NCBI GenBank assembly: GCA_001761425.1
Contig: CP012986.1
Coordinates: forward strand, 1,086,575-1,118,574
DNA from: Candidatus Saccharimonadota bacterium
Lineage (GTDB): Archaea; Nanohalarchaeota; Nanosalinia; Nanosalinales; Nanosalinaceae
Direction of reading: 5' to 3'
Length of the DNA: 32,000 nt
A program made the translations under genes and the position numbers. Below the pieces are notes generated by a model. That model did not search any database. It was not told the DNA's origin and saw nothing but the letters and a program-made list of their open reading frames with translations. Position 1 is the first letter of the stretch. Every line of letters starts with the position of its first letter. Of this stretch, positions 1 to 7,346 are shown piece after piece.

Positions 1-70
1 GGTTGGGCGCTGAAGGTTTCTTTCTGTTTAGAGGTAATCTATAAGTCCCAGAATCAGTTAACTGGTAGGT

Positions 71-991
71 ATGGAAGAAGTTGTTATTGTTGGTGGAGGT
101 CTAGCAGGTTTGAGCGCTGCTGTTGACCTTGTTGAGGATGAGGATACAAATGTTACTGTACTTGAGAAAAACGGTCATCTGGGCGGTAGAGCAGGGAATA
201 AGATTGATCCTGTGGAGGAGGATCCTGTACCGATCGCTCCGCATATCTATGTAAGTTTCTACGATGAATTGAAGAGTTTCTTCAGTAAGATTGGTTCGGA
301 GGACGCAATATACTGGGAGGATGGCCAGATATGCGATGTCTACTATGAAGGCGAGTTTTCAACGGTAAAAACAGGTCACCTAAAGCCTCCCTGGTATCTG
401 GCATCTCTTTTCGCCAACTATCCGCTTTTCAGTACTCGTGAGATGTTAAACAATTTCAAGGTAGGGTCAAAGCTATACCTTCTAGATGAAGATGATATTG
501 AAGACCTGGATGATACCACTGTTGAAGAATTTTTAAACGATCTCGGTGCGAGCAAAGGAGTGATAGATAAATTCTACAGGTTGATCTGCCTGGCACTTCT
601 TAACGCACCTGTAGAGAAATGTTCCGCGGCAGAGTTCTGCAGGTTGATGAAGAATTTCATGAAGACAGACGGAAGAGACTGGGGGTACGCAAAGGGCGGA
701 CTCGGAGATGTCTATACAGAGAACGCTAGAGAGTTTATCGAGGAACATGGCGGCGAAGTAAGGATGAAAACCGCAGTTGAAGAGATAAAGTTTGAAAGCG
801 AAGAGGTTACCGGTCTAGAACTTGAAACCGGGGAGTATGTAGAACCAGATCAGATTATCTCTACTGTTCCGCCTACAGTGCTTAGAGACATTCTTCCGGA
901 GGAGCAGATGGAGACAGAGTTCTTCTCCCATCTAGAGAACTTCCACGGTGTACCTTACTACTCTGCCTTCGCATGTTTGATGGTAAGGTAA
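71..991 (+). CDS. FAD-dependent oxidoreductase of the amine-oxidase/phytoene-desaturase (CrtI/HpnE-like) family, N-terminal part of a frame-disrupted gene
   Basis: ORF track. N-terminal dinucleotide-binding motif VVIVGGGLAGLSAA...VLEKNGHLGGR. The ORF stops at 991 while the family-typical C-terminus continues in another frame from 973. Confidence 0.7.
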   Translation: MEEVVIVGGGLAGLSAAVDLVEDEDTNVTVLEKNGHLGGRAGNKIDPVEEDPVPIAPHIYVSFYDELKSFFSKIGSEDAIYWEDGQICDVYYEGEFSTVKTGHLKPPWYLASLFANYPLFSTREMLNNFKVGSKLYLLDEDDIEDLDDTTVEEFLNDLGASKGVIDKFYRLICLALLNAPVEKCSAAEFCRLMKNFMKTDGRDWGYAKGGLGDVYTENAREFIEEHGGEVRMKTAVEEIKFESEEVTGLELETGEYVEPDQIISTVPPTVLRDILPEEQMETEFFSHLENFHGVPYYSAFACLMVR

Positions 992-1413
992 CCGATAAAC
1001 GCTTCTGGGCCTTGATCGATGCTGACAGAGACAAGTACTGGAATACTGACTTCTATGATAAAAGCAATATTCCGGGAGTAGACGAGGAAAACTCCTACAT
1101 CACATCCAACATCATTAATACAAACGAGATGGAGGAAAAATCAGAAGACGAGATAATGGAAAAGACCAAGGAAGAAATCCAAGAGGCCTTCCCGGAAAAC
1201 GAAGCGGAAGTCCAGCACTTTAGCGTTCACAGAATCGACTACGCACTGTACGAACCGGTAACAGGTATGAGAGAACACAAGTTACCGCATGAGACACCTG
1301 TAAGAAACTTTTATTTGGCAGGAGACTGGACAATCAAGGAAATACCACAGTGCATGGAAGCAGCAGTCAGAAGCGGAAGACGTACAGCGGAGAAAGTCTC
1401 CGAAAAGACCTGA
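973..1413 (+). CDS. C-terminal part of the same FAD-dependent oxidoreductase (frame-shifted relative to 71..991)
   Basis: C-terminal FAD-binding signature NFYLAGDWT..P.CMEAAVRSGRRTA is typical of the family. Overlaps 71..991 by 19 nt in a different frame. Confidence 0.65.
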   Translation: MFDGKVTDKRFWALIDADRDKYWNTDFYDKSNIPGVDEENSYITSNIINTNEMEEKSEDEIMEKTKEEIQEAFPENEAEVQHFSVHRIDYALYEPVTGMREHKLPHETPVRNFYLAGDWTIKEIPQCMEAAVRSGRRTAEKVSEKT

Positions 1414-1647
1414 CTAACAAGGCCAGACACCCAAACTCTCCAAATTAAAGGATTCAAAGCCTGATACAATCCAGAACAGGCCTTTACCATGAAACAGGAA
1501 CTGATCGAGAAGTCCAGAGATTACTTCGGTGAGAGAAGAGTTAGACGAGTCTTTGTGAAGTATCTGGATTAGATATTTTATTGTGTCAGGTCGAGGCCTT
1601 GTCCCTTTTTGGTCATTGATTTGATCTGTGAGCGGGGTATCAGCCAT
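1414..1647 (-). CDS. Hypothetical protein; possibly the out-of-frame continuation of ORF 1578..1868
   Basis: ORF track only. Overlaps the upstream ORF by 70 nt in another frame. No recognisable motif. Confidence 0.2.
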   Translation of the reverse strand: MADTPLTDQINDQKGTRPRPDTIKYLIQILHKDSSNSSLTEVISGLLDQFLFHGKGLFWIVSGFESFNLESLGVWPC

Positions 1648-1868
1648 GTTGTTGTTTTGCCCTGTCTTTCTTCCTCGAAAACTTCCATTATGGCTTTGAG
1701 CATCTCTCTTTCTTTGATATAGGAAAGTTTAATGACCGTGAAGGTTTCTCTTAGGCCTTTGGTTCTTCCGTCGCTTCTGAGGATGATGGTTTCCCTATCT
1801 AGGTTGTGGTCGAACCATGGTATGGCATGTTTGTCGATAACTGCTTTATCAAGTTCTATGCTGGCCAT
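1578..1868 (-). CDS. Hypothetical protein (possibly 5' part of a frame-disrupted gene)
   Basis: ORF track. Protein-like composition for the first ~75 residues, then a low-quality tail that mirrors the start of ORF 1414..1647. Confidence 0.35.
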   Translation of the reverse strand: MASIELDKAVIDKHAIPWFDHNLDRETIILRSDGRTKGLRETFTVIKLSYIKEREMLKAIMEVFEEERQGKTTTWLIPRSQIKSMTKKGQGLDLTQ

Positions 1869-1910
1869 GTTTCTCTATTGTTCATCGAGTTTATTGAATA
1901 GTACGGGAAA

Positions 1911-2429
1911 CTATCTTTTCCTGACGTACCAGTCTGCCAGAATCGGAAGGCCTTGAATCACCGCTGCGGTCTGGAAGGCATAAAGCTGGAAGACAGGTTT
2001 CAGCACCAGTAAAGGAACCGCAAGCAGGTTCAGAACTGCTGCAGCACCGTATATTTTCTTAGAAAGATCTGACATATTATATGCTGTGTAGATGAACAGC
2101 ACACCAGGCAGAAGGAACCATTTATGGTAGTAACCAAACGTTAAGGCCTCTCCAGAGAGAAACATCTGGCCGAAAAAGTTTCCTACAAGGCCCATAACCA
2201 TGAACACAGACCAGATCGGGTTCAGCGTCCTCCAGCCGAGAGGGCCTTTACCTTCCTGATAGCTCATGTAAACTGGCGGTATGATGAACAGAGTCCATAG
2301 AAGAAGTATCTGGTACTCTACCGCTACTGCTGTTATCCCCAAGACCTTGATATACGGTGTCAGAAGATAGGCAAGTGTTACTGTGAGACCCCACGTGGCC
2401 GCCCCATCGAAGTCTCTCTTCAGGTTCAC
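1911..2429 (-). CDS. Integral membrane protein, unknown function (about 5 hydrophobic helices)
   Basis: ORF track. Multiple hydrophobic segments. 4-nt overlap with the upstream lipoprotein gene suggests co-translation. Confidence 0.6.
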   Translation of the reverse strand: MNLKRDFDGAATWGLTVTLAYLLTPYIKVLGITAVAVEYQILLLWTLFIIPPVYMSYQEGKGPLGWRTLNPIWSVFMVMGLVGNFFGQMFLSGEALTFGYYHKWFLLPGVLFIYTAYNMSDLSKKIYGAAAVLNLLAVPLLVLKPVFQLYAFQTAAVIQGLPILADWYVRKR

Positions 2430-2869
2430 TCAACTATCACTGTTCCAGTATGAGATGAGTAATCATGGTTATGGTATCTCCATTCTCCTTCTTTCTCAAA
2501 TGTGAAACTGAACCTGTCTCCTGAGGAACACTGGTCGAAGGCTGAGGAGGCCTGATCCCCGTTACTGCAGTGTTCGTTCAGGGATGTCCCTGCATACTCT
2601 GAATGTACCGGATGCTGGTCGGAGCCAACCCACATGGACCTTGAGGCCTCTGATTCCCAGACAACTGTATCTCCCTGCTTTACTGTAACCGTCTCCGGCT
2701 GGAAACCGGAACCAGTGTAAGTAATTACTGTAGCATTCTCCGAGGTATTAGAGGGCAAAGTTTCAGGCCCTGGTTCAGAAGGAGCAGGATCTGAAGGCGA
2801 CGAAGGGTTTGAAGCACATCCGGAAGCAACTAGAACTAATGCGAAAAGAACAGCAGTTCCCAGTTTCAT
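2426..2869 (-). CDS. Secreted lipoprotein with cupredoxin-like domain
   Basis: Signal peptide plus lipobox (LVLVASGC). TVTVKQGDTVVW...SDQHPVH...GEWRYHNH...HTGTVIV pattern resembles cupredoxin-fold (plastocyanin/EfeO-like) proteins. AT-rich TATA-like tract 2882-2899 lies about 27 nt upstream of the ATG. Confidence 0.65.
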   Translation of the reverse strand: MKLGTAVLFALVLVASGCASNPSSPSDPAPSEPGPETLPSNTSENATVITYTGSGFQPETVTVKQGDTVVWESEASRSMWVGSDQHPVHSEYAGTSLNEHCSNGDQASSAFDQCSSGDRFSFTFEKEGEWRYHNHDYSSHTGTVIVE

Positions 2870-2931
2870 AACTTGACTTTGTTAATAAAATTAAATTAAG
2901 GTTTCGTGAAACATTATTCGAACACTGAAAT

Positions 2932-2949
2932 GTAGCGGAAGTAGCGGAA
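2932..2949. repeat. Perfect tandem direct repeat GTAGCGGAA x2 in a divergent promoter region
   Basis: Read directly: GTAGCGGAA at 2932-2940 and 2941-2949, between the cupredoxin lipoprotein gene (-) and the small zinc-ribbon ORF (+). Confidence 0.8.
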
Positions 2950-2996
2950 AGGCCCCTTGAAACGGTTAAAAGGAGGCCTCGAAATTAGTCCTTGCT

Positions 2997-3101
2997 ATGA
3001 AACGTGAGGGGGAGAGGGTTGATTTCTGTCAGACATGCGGTTTCAAAATCGCGTCCAGGGCCTCGGTCTGTGTAAGATGCGGTTCCGAGGTGAAAAACTG
3101 A
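2997..3101 (+). CDS. Small zinc-ribbon protein, 34 aa (MKREGERVDFCQTCGFKIASRASVCVRCGSEVKN)
   Basis: Not in the ORF track (below size cut-off). CxxC-X10-CxxC motif. TATA-like GTTAAAAG at 2964-2971 is centred about 27-30 nt upstream of the ATG, the same geometry as other first genes here. Confidence 0.45.
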   Translation: MKREGERVDFCQTCGFKIASRASVCVRCGSEVKN

Positions 3102-3243
3102 ATTTCATATAGAAAAAGCTCTGTAAGGCCTTCCAACAGATTTCCCGCACTTTACTGAGTGGGAATAGATGTGTAGAGATTTCTTGAGTCAGGTCTCCCA
3201 GGATCTCTCTTTCTTTTTAAACGAGCGGAGATAATTATGTTGT

Positions 3244-3600
3244 ATGAGTGTTTCAAGTATTTCTGCAGGACTTATTGTTCGCAACAAGAAAATTCTGATG
3301 TTCAGAAACAAGGAAGAGGAGGCCTGGGATGTTCCCAGTGTAAGGCCTGAAGAGGGAGAGATCTCTGCTGAAGCTGCTTTACGTGCTTCTGAAAAGTTCT
3401 CCCAGTGTGATTGTGAGGTTACTCGTTACAAGAAAAAGCTTCAGTTGACTCTTGGATCAGGTAACAACTGGAATCCTTATCTTGTAGAGCTGGACGGCAG
3501 CCCTCAGAGAGGAGAATGGGTCTCCAAAGACGAGATAAAGGAAAAACAGCTTGTACCTCACCTTGAGGAGAACAAGGAAAAGTTCATGAGCAAAATCTAG
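3244..3600 (+). CDS. Nudix-fold protein with degenerate Nudix box
   Basis: AGLIVRNKKILMFRN..WDVPSVRPEEGEISAEAALRASEKF aligns to the Nudix box of the paralogue at 5912..6394, but the GG and RE..EE residues are partly lost. TATA-like TTTTTAAA at 3214-3221 is centred 27 nt upstream of the ATG. Confidence 0.5.
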   Translation: MSVSSISAGLIVRNKKILMFRNKEEEAWDVPSVRPEEGEISAEAALRASEKFSQCDCEVTRYKKKLQLTLGSGNNWNPYLVELDGSPQRGEWVSKDEIKEKQLVPHLEENKEKFMSKI

Positions 3601-3610
3601 GGTGATTTAT

Positions 3611-3964
3611 ATGAGCCATCTCTCTTCCAAGGTCTGTACAGCATGCAGTGGCGACGCTGATACTTTGAAGGCAACTGAGATCCACGAACATATGAAGGAC
3701 CTGGATGAGGCCTGGGAGGAAAAAGACAATCATCATATTGTCCGGGAGTTCGATTTCCCTGATTTCAAGTCTACTCTGGAATTTGTAAACGATGTAGGAG
3801 AAATTGCGGAGGAACAGGGCCATCACCCTGTCTTCAACGATTTTACCTGGGGTAAGGTCACTGTCAAGCTTTACACCCACAAGATCGACGGGCTTCACGA
3901 AAACGATTTCATCATGGCAGCGAAGATCGACGGACTGATCGAAGAAAACAGTTACGGAGAATAA
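3611..3964 (+). CDS. Pterin-4-alpha-carbinolamine dehydratase (PCD/DCoH family)
   Basis: Family signature EEQGHHPVF..W..V.V.L.TH...GL...DF..A..ID. GGTGA Shine-Dalgarno-like motif at 3601-3605, 6 nt before ATG 3611 (the ORF track starts at GTG 3602). Confidence 0.85.
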   Translation: MSHLSSKVCTACSGDADTLKATEIHEHMKDLDEAWEEKDNHHIVREFDFPDFKSTLEFVNDVGEIAEEQGHHPVFNDFTWGKVTVKLYTHKIDGLHENDFIMAAKIDGLIEENSYGE

Positions 3965-3967
3965 AAA

Positions 3968-4198
3968 GTGTTTAAGGAAAATATCAGCGACAGAGAGAGC
4001 AAAATAAGGGTAGGCCTCGGAGCTTTCCTGGTACTCCTAGGCGCGCTCGGTCATTCAGGAACTCTGCCTCTCGCAAATATTTTACCTCCGGCTTTGACCT
4101 CAGTAACTCTAACAGTTATAGGCCTTGTACTTGTAATTGAGGGCTATTACAGCAGGTGTCTTCTGTACCGTGTTCTGGGTATCAACAGGAAGGACTGA
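3968..4198 (+). CDS. Small membrane protein, DUF2892/YgaP-like
   Basis: Two hydrophobic helices and a C-terminal G.Y..C.LY..LGI motif typical of DUF2892. GTG start with GGAGA 9 nt upstream. Confidence 0.6.
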   Translation: MFKENISDRESKIRVGLGAFLVLLGALGHSGTLPLANILPPALTSVTLTVIGLVLVIEGYYSRCLLYRVLGINRKD

Positions 4199-4259
4199 CC
4201 TATTCTCCTGATTTAAAAAGTTTTCTTTCTCTCATGTAGTTACAGCCTATAAGTGGCCC

Positions 4260-4275
4260 GCAGGCACTCGCCTGC
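4260..4275 (+). promoter_or_regulatory. Hairpin GCAGGC-ACTC-GCCTGC in the putative 5' leader of the r-protein operon
   Basis: Read directly. Lies between TATA-like ATTTAAAAA (4211-4219) and the GAGGTG SD (4309-4314) preceding rpl18e. Confidence 0.25.
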
Positions 4276-4324
4276 TTGAAGACGAAGACCCTTGGTTTTC
4301 GATGCCGCGAGGTGTATTTTAACT

Positions 4325-4675
4325 ATGGACGCTAAAGCAGACCCAACCAACCCTGTACTCAGGGAGACGATCGAATTCCTCAAGGAGCAAGATGCTCCTA
4401 TCTGGAATGAAGTAGCTGAAAATCTAGGTAAAGTTAATAGACAGAGGCCTGAAGTAAACCTCTCCGATCTGGAGAGAGTTGCGGAGGACGGCGAGACAGT
4501 CATTATCCCGGGCAAAGTCCTTGGTTCCGGACGTTTGACGAAGGAACTGGACGTTGCAGCTTTCAAGGCCTCCACAGGAGCCCGTGAACAGATCGAGGAA
4601 GACGGAGAGTTCATGTTTATCCGTGATCTAGTCGAGGAGAATCCTGAAGGTTCTAAGGTGAGAATTGTAAAATGA
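4325..4675 (+). CDS. rpl18e: 50S ribosomal protein L18e
   Basis: TNP.L...I..L...W..VAE.L....R.R.EVNL..L.R....GETV..PGKVLG.G.L......NPEGS.VRIV matches archaeal L18e. Conserved operon position. Start chosen at MDAKADPTNP, with GAGGTG 11 nt upstream. Confidence 0.9.
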   Translation: MDAKADPTNPVLRETIEFLKEQDAPIWNEVAENLGKVNRQRPEVNLSDLERVAEDGETVIIPGKVLGSGRLTKELDVAAFKASTGAREQIEEDGEFMFIRDLVEENPEGSKVRIVK

Positions 4676-4676
4676 T

Positions 4677-4693
4677 GAAAATCGTTGATTTTC
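4677..4693 (+). promoter_or_regulatory. Intercistronic hairpin GAAAATC-GTT-GATTTTC (copy 1 of a repeated element)
   Basis: Read directly, immediately after the TGATGA tandem stop of rpl18e. A near-identical copy lies at 5172-5188. Confidence 0.5.
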
Positions 4694-4721
4694 GTGATAC
4701 AGAAATTCAGGTGAATTTCGA

Positions 4722-5150
4722 ATGAAAACAGTAAATGCAGAAGATAAAGTTCTCGGACGTCTGGCTTCCAGTATCGCCCGCAGTGTTAAGGATGGTGAGG
4801 AGGTAAGAGTTGTTAATTCGGAGAAAGCTGTTGTCTCCGGTGACGAGGCCGAAGTCAAGGACGAATACAAGACAAGATTTGATAGAGGTAGAAGAGATAC
4901 TGGGCCTTACTATCCGAAGAGGCCTGATAAGATCTTGAAGCGTACTGTGCGTGGTATGCTTCCTGATCATGAGAAGCGTGGCCGTGAGATGCATTCACGT
5001 GTCAAGACCTACCTCGGTGTTCCAAGCGAGTTTGACGAAGTTGAGGAAGTTGATGTCAAGGAAGGCGACGAACTTCAGAACAGGAATTATGTAAAACTTG
5101 GCGAAGTATCCAGACATATCGGCTGGACTCCAAGAGGTGATGGAAACTGA
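4722..5150 (+). CDS. rpl13: 50S ribosomal protein L13 (uL13)
   Basis: VLGRLAS.IA......GEEV.VVN.EKAV.SG...YYPKRPD.I.KRTVRGMLP matches the archaeal L13 pattern. Operon context. The AGGTG SD sits in the loop of hairpin 4702-4719. Confidence 0.95.
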   Translation: MKTVNAEDKVLGRLASSIARSVKDGEEVRVVNSEKAVVSGDEAEVKDEYKTRFDRGRRDTGPYYPKRPDKILKRTVRGMLPDHEKRGREMHSRVKTYLGVPSEFDEVEEVDVKEGDELQNRNYVKLGEVSRHIGWTPRGDGN

Positions 5151-5171
5151 TGAAATCAGTTCGATCTCGCA

Positions 5172-5188
5172 GAAAATCTTTGATTTTC
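5172..5188 (+). promoter_or_regulatory. Intercistronic hairpin GAAAATC-TTT-GATTTTC (copy 2)
   Basis: Read directly, 22 nt after the TGATGA tandem stop of rpl13. 17 of 18 nt are identical to 4677-4694. Confidence 0.5.
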
Positions 5189-5226
5189 GAGTCAGGCAAT
5201 TCAACATTGCGAGGTGAAGAATAATA

Positions 5227-5634
5227 ATGGCAGACGCAACACACGCTAACGGAAAGAGAAAGACGGCGAAGGCCCGAGTCACAGTTAAGGAAGGTGACGG
5301 CACGCTGAGAGTTAACTCCAGGCCCCTCCACGTTCAGAGAGAGATGGTGGAGGAGAGAGTTAAAGAGCCTCTTGTCATCGCCGGCGAAGAGGTCTACGAA
5401 GACTTGACTATCGAAGTCGAATCCCATGGAGGAGGAATCCAAGGACAGGCAGAAGCGATGCGTATGGCAATCGCCAGGGCGCTCGTAAAACACACAGGCG
5501 ATGACGATCTAGAACGGGAGTTCAGAGATTACGACAGGAATATGATGGTCGAGGATCCAAGAAGGACAGAGACCAGAAAACCAAGCCAGTCTTCGAAAGG
5601 AGCAAGGCACAAACAGCAGAAATCCTACAGGTAA
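5227..5634 (+). CDS. rps9: 30S ribosomal protein S9 (uS9)
   Basis: GKRKTAKARV...GGG..GQAEA.R.AIARAL....DPRR.E.RK....KGARHK.QKSYR. GAGGTGA SD 11 nt upstream. Confidence 0.95.
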   Translation: MADATHANGKRKTAKARVTVKEGDGTLRVNSRPLHVQREMVEERVKEPLVIAGEEVYEDLTIEVESHGGGIQGQAEAMRMAIARALVKHTGDDDLEREFRDYDRNMMVEDPRRTETRKPSQSSKGARHKQQKSYR

Positions 5635-5681
5635 ACCCTGTAGCTTTATTTTCTGCAATCTTCAAGAGGTAACAAGATACA

Positions 5682-5879
5682 ATGCAATTTCCGGTCAGAT
5701 GCTTGACCTGCGGCAAGGTAATCGGCGACAAATGGGAAGAATACGAACAGAGAGTTGAGGACGGAGAAGACAAAGGAGAAATCCTCGACGATCTCAACGT
5801 TGAGAAGTACTGCTGTAGAACAGTCTTCCTCACACACGTCGACGCAATCGACGAAATCGCGGAACACAAACTTACCTAG
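5682..5879 (+). CDS. rpoN: DNA-directed RNA polymerase subunit N (Rpo10/RpoN)
   Basis: MQFPVRCLTCGKVIG..W..Y......YCCR zinc-binding pattern. 65 aa. Conserved position after rps9. Confidence 0.95.
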   Translation: MQFPVRCLTCGKVIGDKWEEYEQRVEDGEDKGEILDDLNVEKYCCRTVFLTHVDAIDEIAEHKLT

Positions 5880-5887
5880 AGGCCTTC

Positions 5888-5910
5888 ACTTTTTCGCCTC
5901 CAATTTTTTC
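5888..5910 (+). terminator. Oligo-T tracts (T5 at 5890-5894, T6 at 5904-5909) after the r-protein/rpoN operon
   Basis: Read directly. Archaeal termination typically uses oligo-T. AGGCCT (5880-5885) directly follows the rpoN stop codon. Confidence 0.4.
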
Positions 5911-5911
5911 C

Positions 5912-6394
5912 CTATATCTTTCTCAACGCAGGAAGAATCATCTCAATGCTCGGAGCTAACTCGATATCATCCAGCTCCGAGGCCTTAAACCACTCAAGTC
6001 TTTCAAACTTTTCTTCCTTTATCTCTGGCTCTCCCTCTATCGAGGCCTTATAACAGTGCCAAAGGAAGATCCTGTCATCTTTCTGGAACTCTCCGCTGTA
6101 GAAAGGTTTCTCAAGTGAGGCCTTGACTCCTATATCTTCTTTAACTTTTCTCACTGCGGCTTCTGTAGGGCTTTCGTTTTTTCCTACTTTTCCGCCAGGC
6201 ATCTCCCACAAACCTTCAGGGTTGTTGGTAGAACAGCTTTCTTCTTGAGAAAGCTGTGACTCCTCCTGTTCTTTGTCTTCAGCGAAACTCTCCTGAGTTT
6301 CTGTAGACCCAGAAACCTCTGGTTTCGAGTCTCTGTACAGTAGAAGAACTTTGCCATCCTGTATTATCAGGTTTCCGGCGAGTTCCTGTGTCAT
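5912..6394 (-). CDS. Nudix hydrolase (MutT family) with an acidic low-complexity insert
   Basis: Nudix box GGKVGKNESPTEAAVRKVKEDIGV (G-x5-E-x7-R-x-V-x-E-D-x-G-V). ATGA start/stop overlap with the upstream ZIP gene. Confidence 0.8.
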   Translation of the reverse strand: MTQELAGNLIIQDGKVLLLYRDSKPEVSGSTETQESFAEDKEQEESQLSQEESCSTNNPEGLWEMPGGKVGKNESPTEAAVRKVKEDIGVKASLEKPFYSGEFQKDDRIFLWHCYKASIEGEPEIKEEKFERLEWFKASELDDIELAPSIEMILPALRKI

Positions 6395-7215
6395 ACAAAC
6401 GTGAATAACAGGATCATCATTATTAATCCTGTAATATTACCTGTGATGAACTCTTTCCAGCCCGATCCATCTAGGTCTTCGGCCTCCTCAAAGGCCTCCT
6501 CCACAAACTCTGTCAACACTAGATAGATCATCGCACCTGCTGCAAAACCATAACCTGCTGGAAGAAACATCCTGGCCTCACGCACAAAAATGAACGCAAT
6601 GACCGCTCCTATAGGCTGGGGTACGCTGGAAAATATCGCTGCACCCATGGTCTTCCAGTTGCTTACACCTGAGGCCTTGAACGGTATAGAGATCGCGATG
6701 CCTTCAGGTATGTTGTGGATAGAGATTGCGATCGTCATAGTGATGGCGATAGCAGGGACTGCAAAGCCGAGGATCGGGATACCTGACCCGAGGCCCATCT
6801 CCGCAAATGATACTCCGATAGCGACTCCTTCAGGAAAACTGTGAACCGTTAAAACACCGAGGATGAGTACCATCTTCTTGAAATCCCTCTCCTCGAAAGT
6901 GCCGGGATCAAGCTCCACTTCATCGACAATCCTCTGTGCCACAACAACTAGAGCAACGCCAAAGGCAAGGCCTATACCGACAGCGAGGTAAGGCGAGTTA
7001 AACAGTGGATACTCCTGTGCTGCAGCAAGGCCTTCAGGTAAAAGCCCTAGAAAAGAGGCTGCCAGCATTATTCCGGAGGCGAGACCCCACATACCTACGA
7101 GAAGCCTCTTACTGAACTCCTTGACAAAGAAAAACGGTACTGCACCCAGTCCTGTCGCCAGGTCTGTTATGAGGCCTGCGATAAAGACTATGAAAAGTGC
7201 TTCAAGAGTCGCCAT
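6391..7215 (-). CDS. ZIP-family divalent metal (zinc) transporter, ZupT-like
   Basis: Polytopic membrane protein with the paired motifs HSFPEGVAIG and HNIPEGIAIS characteristic of ZIP/ZupT. Confidence 0.85.
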   Translation of the reverse strand: MATLEALFIVFIAGLITDLATGLGAVPFFFVKEFSKRLLVGMWGLASGIMLAASFLGLLPEGLAAAQEYPLFNSPYLAVGIGLAFGVALVVVAQRIVDEVELDPGTFEERDFKKMVLILGVLTVHSFPEGVAIGVSFAEMGLGSGIPILGFAVPAIAITMTIAISIHNIPEGIAISIPFKASGVSNWKTMGAAIFSSVPQPIGAVIAFIFVREARMFLPAGYGFAAGAMIYLVLTEFVEEAFEEAEDLDGSGWKEFITGNITGLIMMILLFTFV

Positions 7216-7264
7216 GCCTAGTTTTTAGCGGGTACAGACTTATGTGTGTTACGCAGAGAAAAAG

Positions 7265-7282
7265 GTTTAGGCAGGCCTAAAC
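7265..7282 (-). terminator. Hairpin GTTTAGG-CAGG-CCTAAAC followed by T5 on the minus strand, downstream of the HIT gene
   Basis: Read directly. Contains AGGCCT. On the minus strand the stem is followed by CCTTTTTCTCT. Confidence 0.4.
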
Positions 7283-7346
7283 TTTTGTTGAAGATCGTAG
7301 AGGAAAGAAAATAGGGAAGAAATTAGCCTGAGAGGTTTTTCAGGCC

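Noticed and set aside
955-995. Programmed -1/+1 ribosomal frameshifting as the explanation for the split FAD oxidoreductase.
   Set aside because: No slippery heptamer or obvious downstream stimulatory structure is seen at the junction. An indel, real or from sequencing, is more parsimonious. Kept as a low-interest finding only.
1732-1956. 74-aa + strand ORF overlapping minus-strand genes. The same applies to 533..748 (-), 6590..6844 (+), 7444..7689 (+) and 8155..8400 (+).
   Set aside because: They are embedded within, and out of frame with or antisense to, well-supported genes. They have no motifs or signals.
4672-4678. ATGATGA after rpl18e (and CTGATGA at 5150-5156 after rpl13) as possible box C motifs.
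   Set aside because: These are tandem stop codons (TGA TGA). There is no D box at guide distance and no terminal stem, unlike the candidate at 26834-26908.
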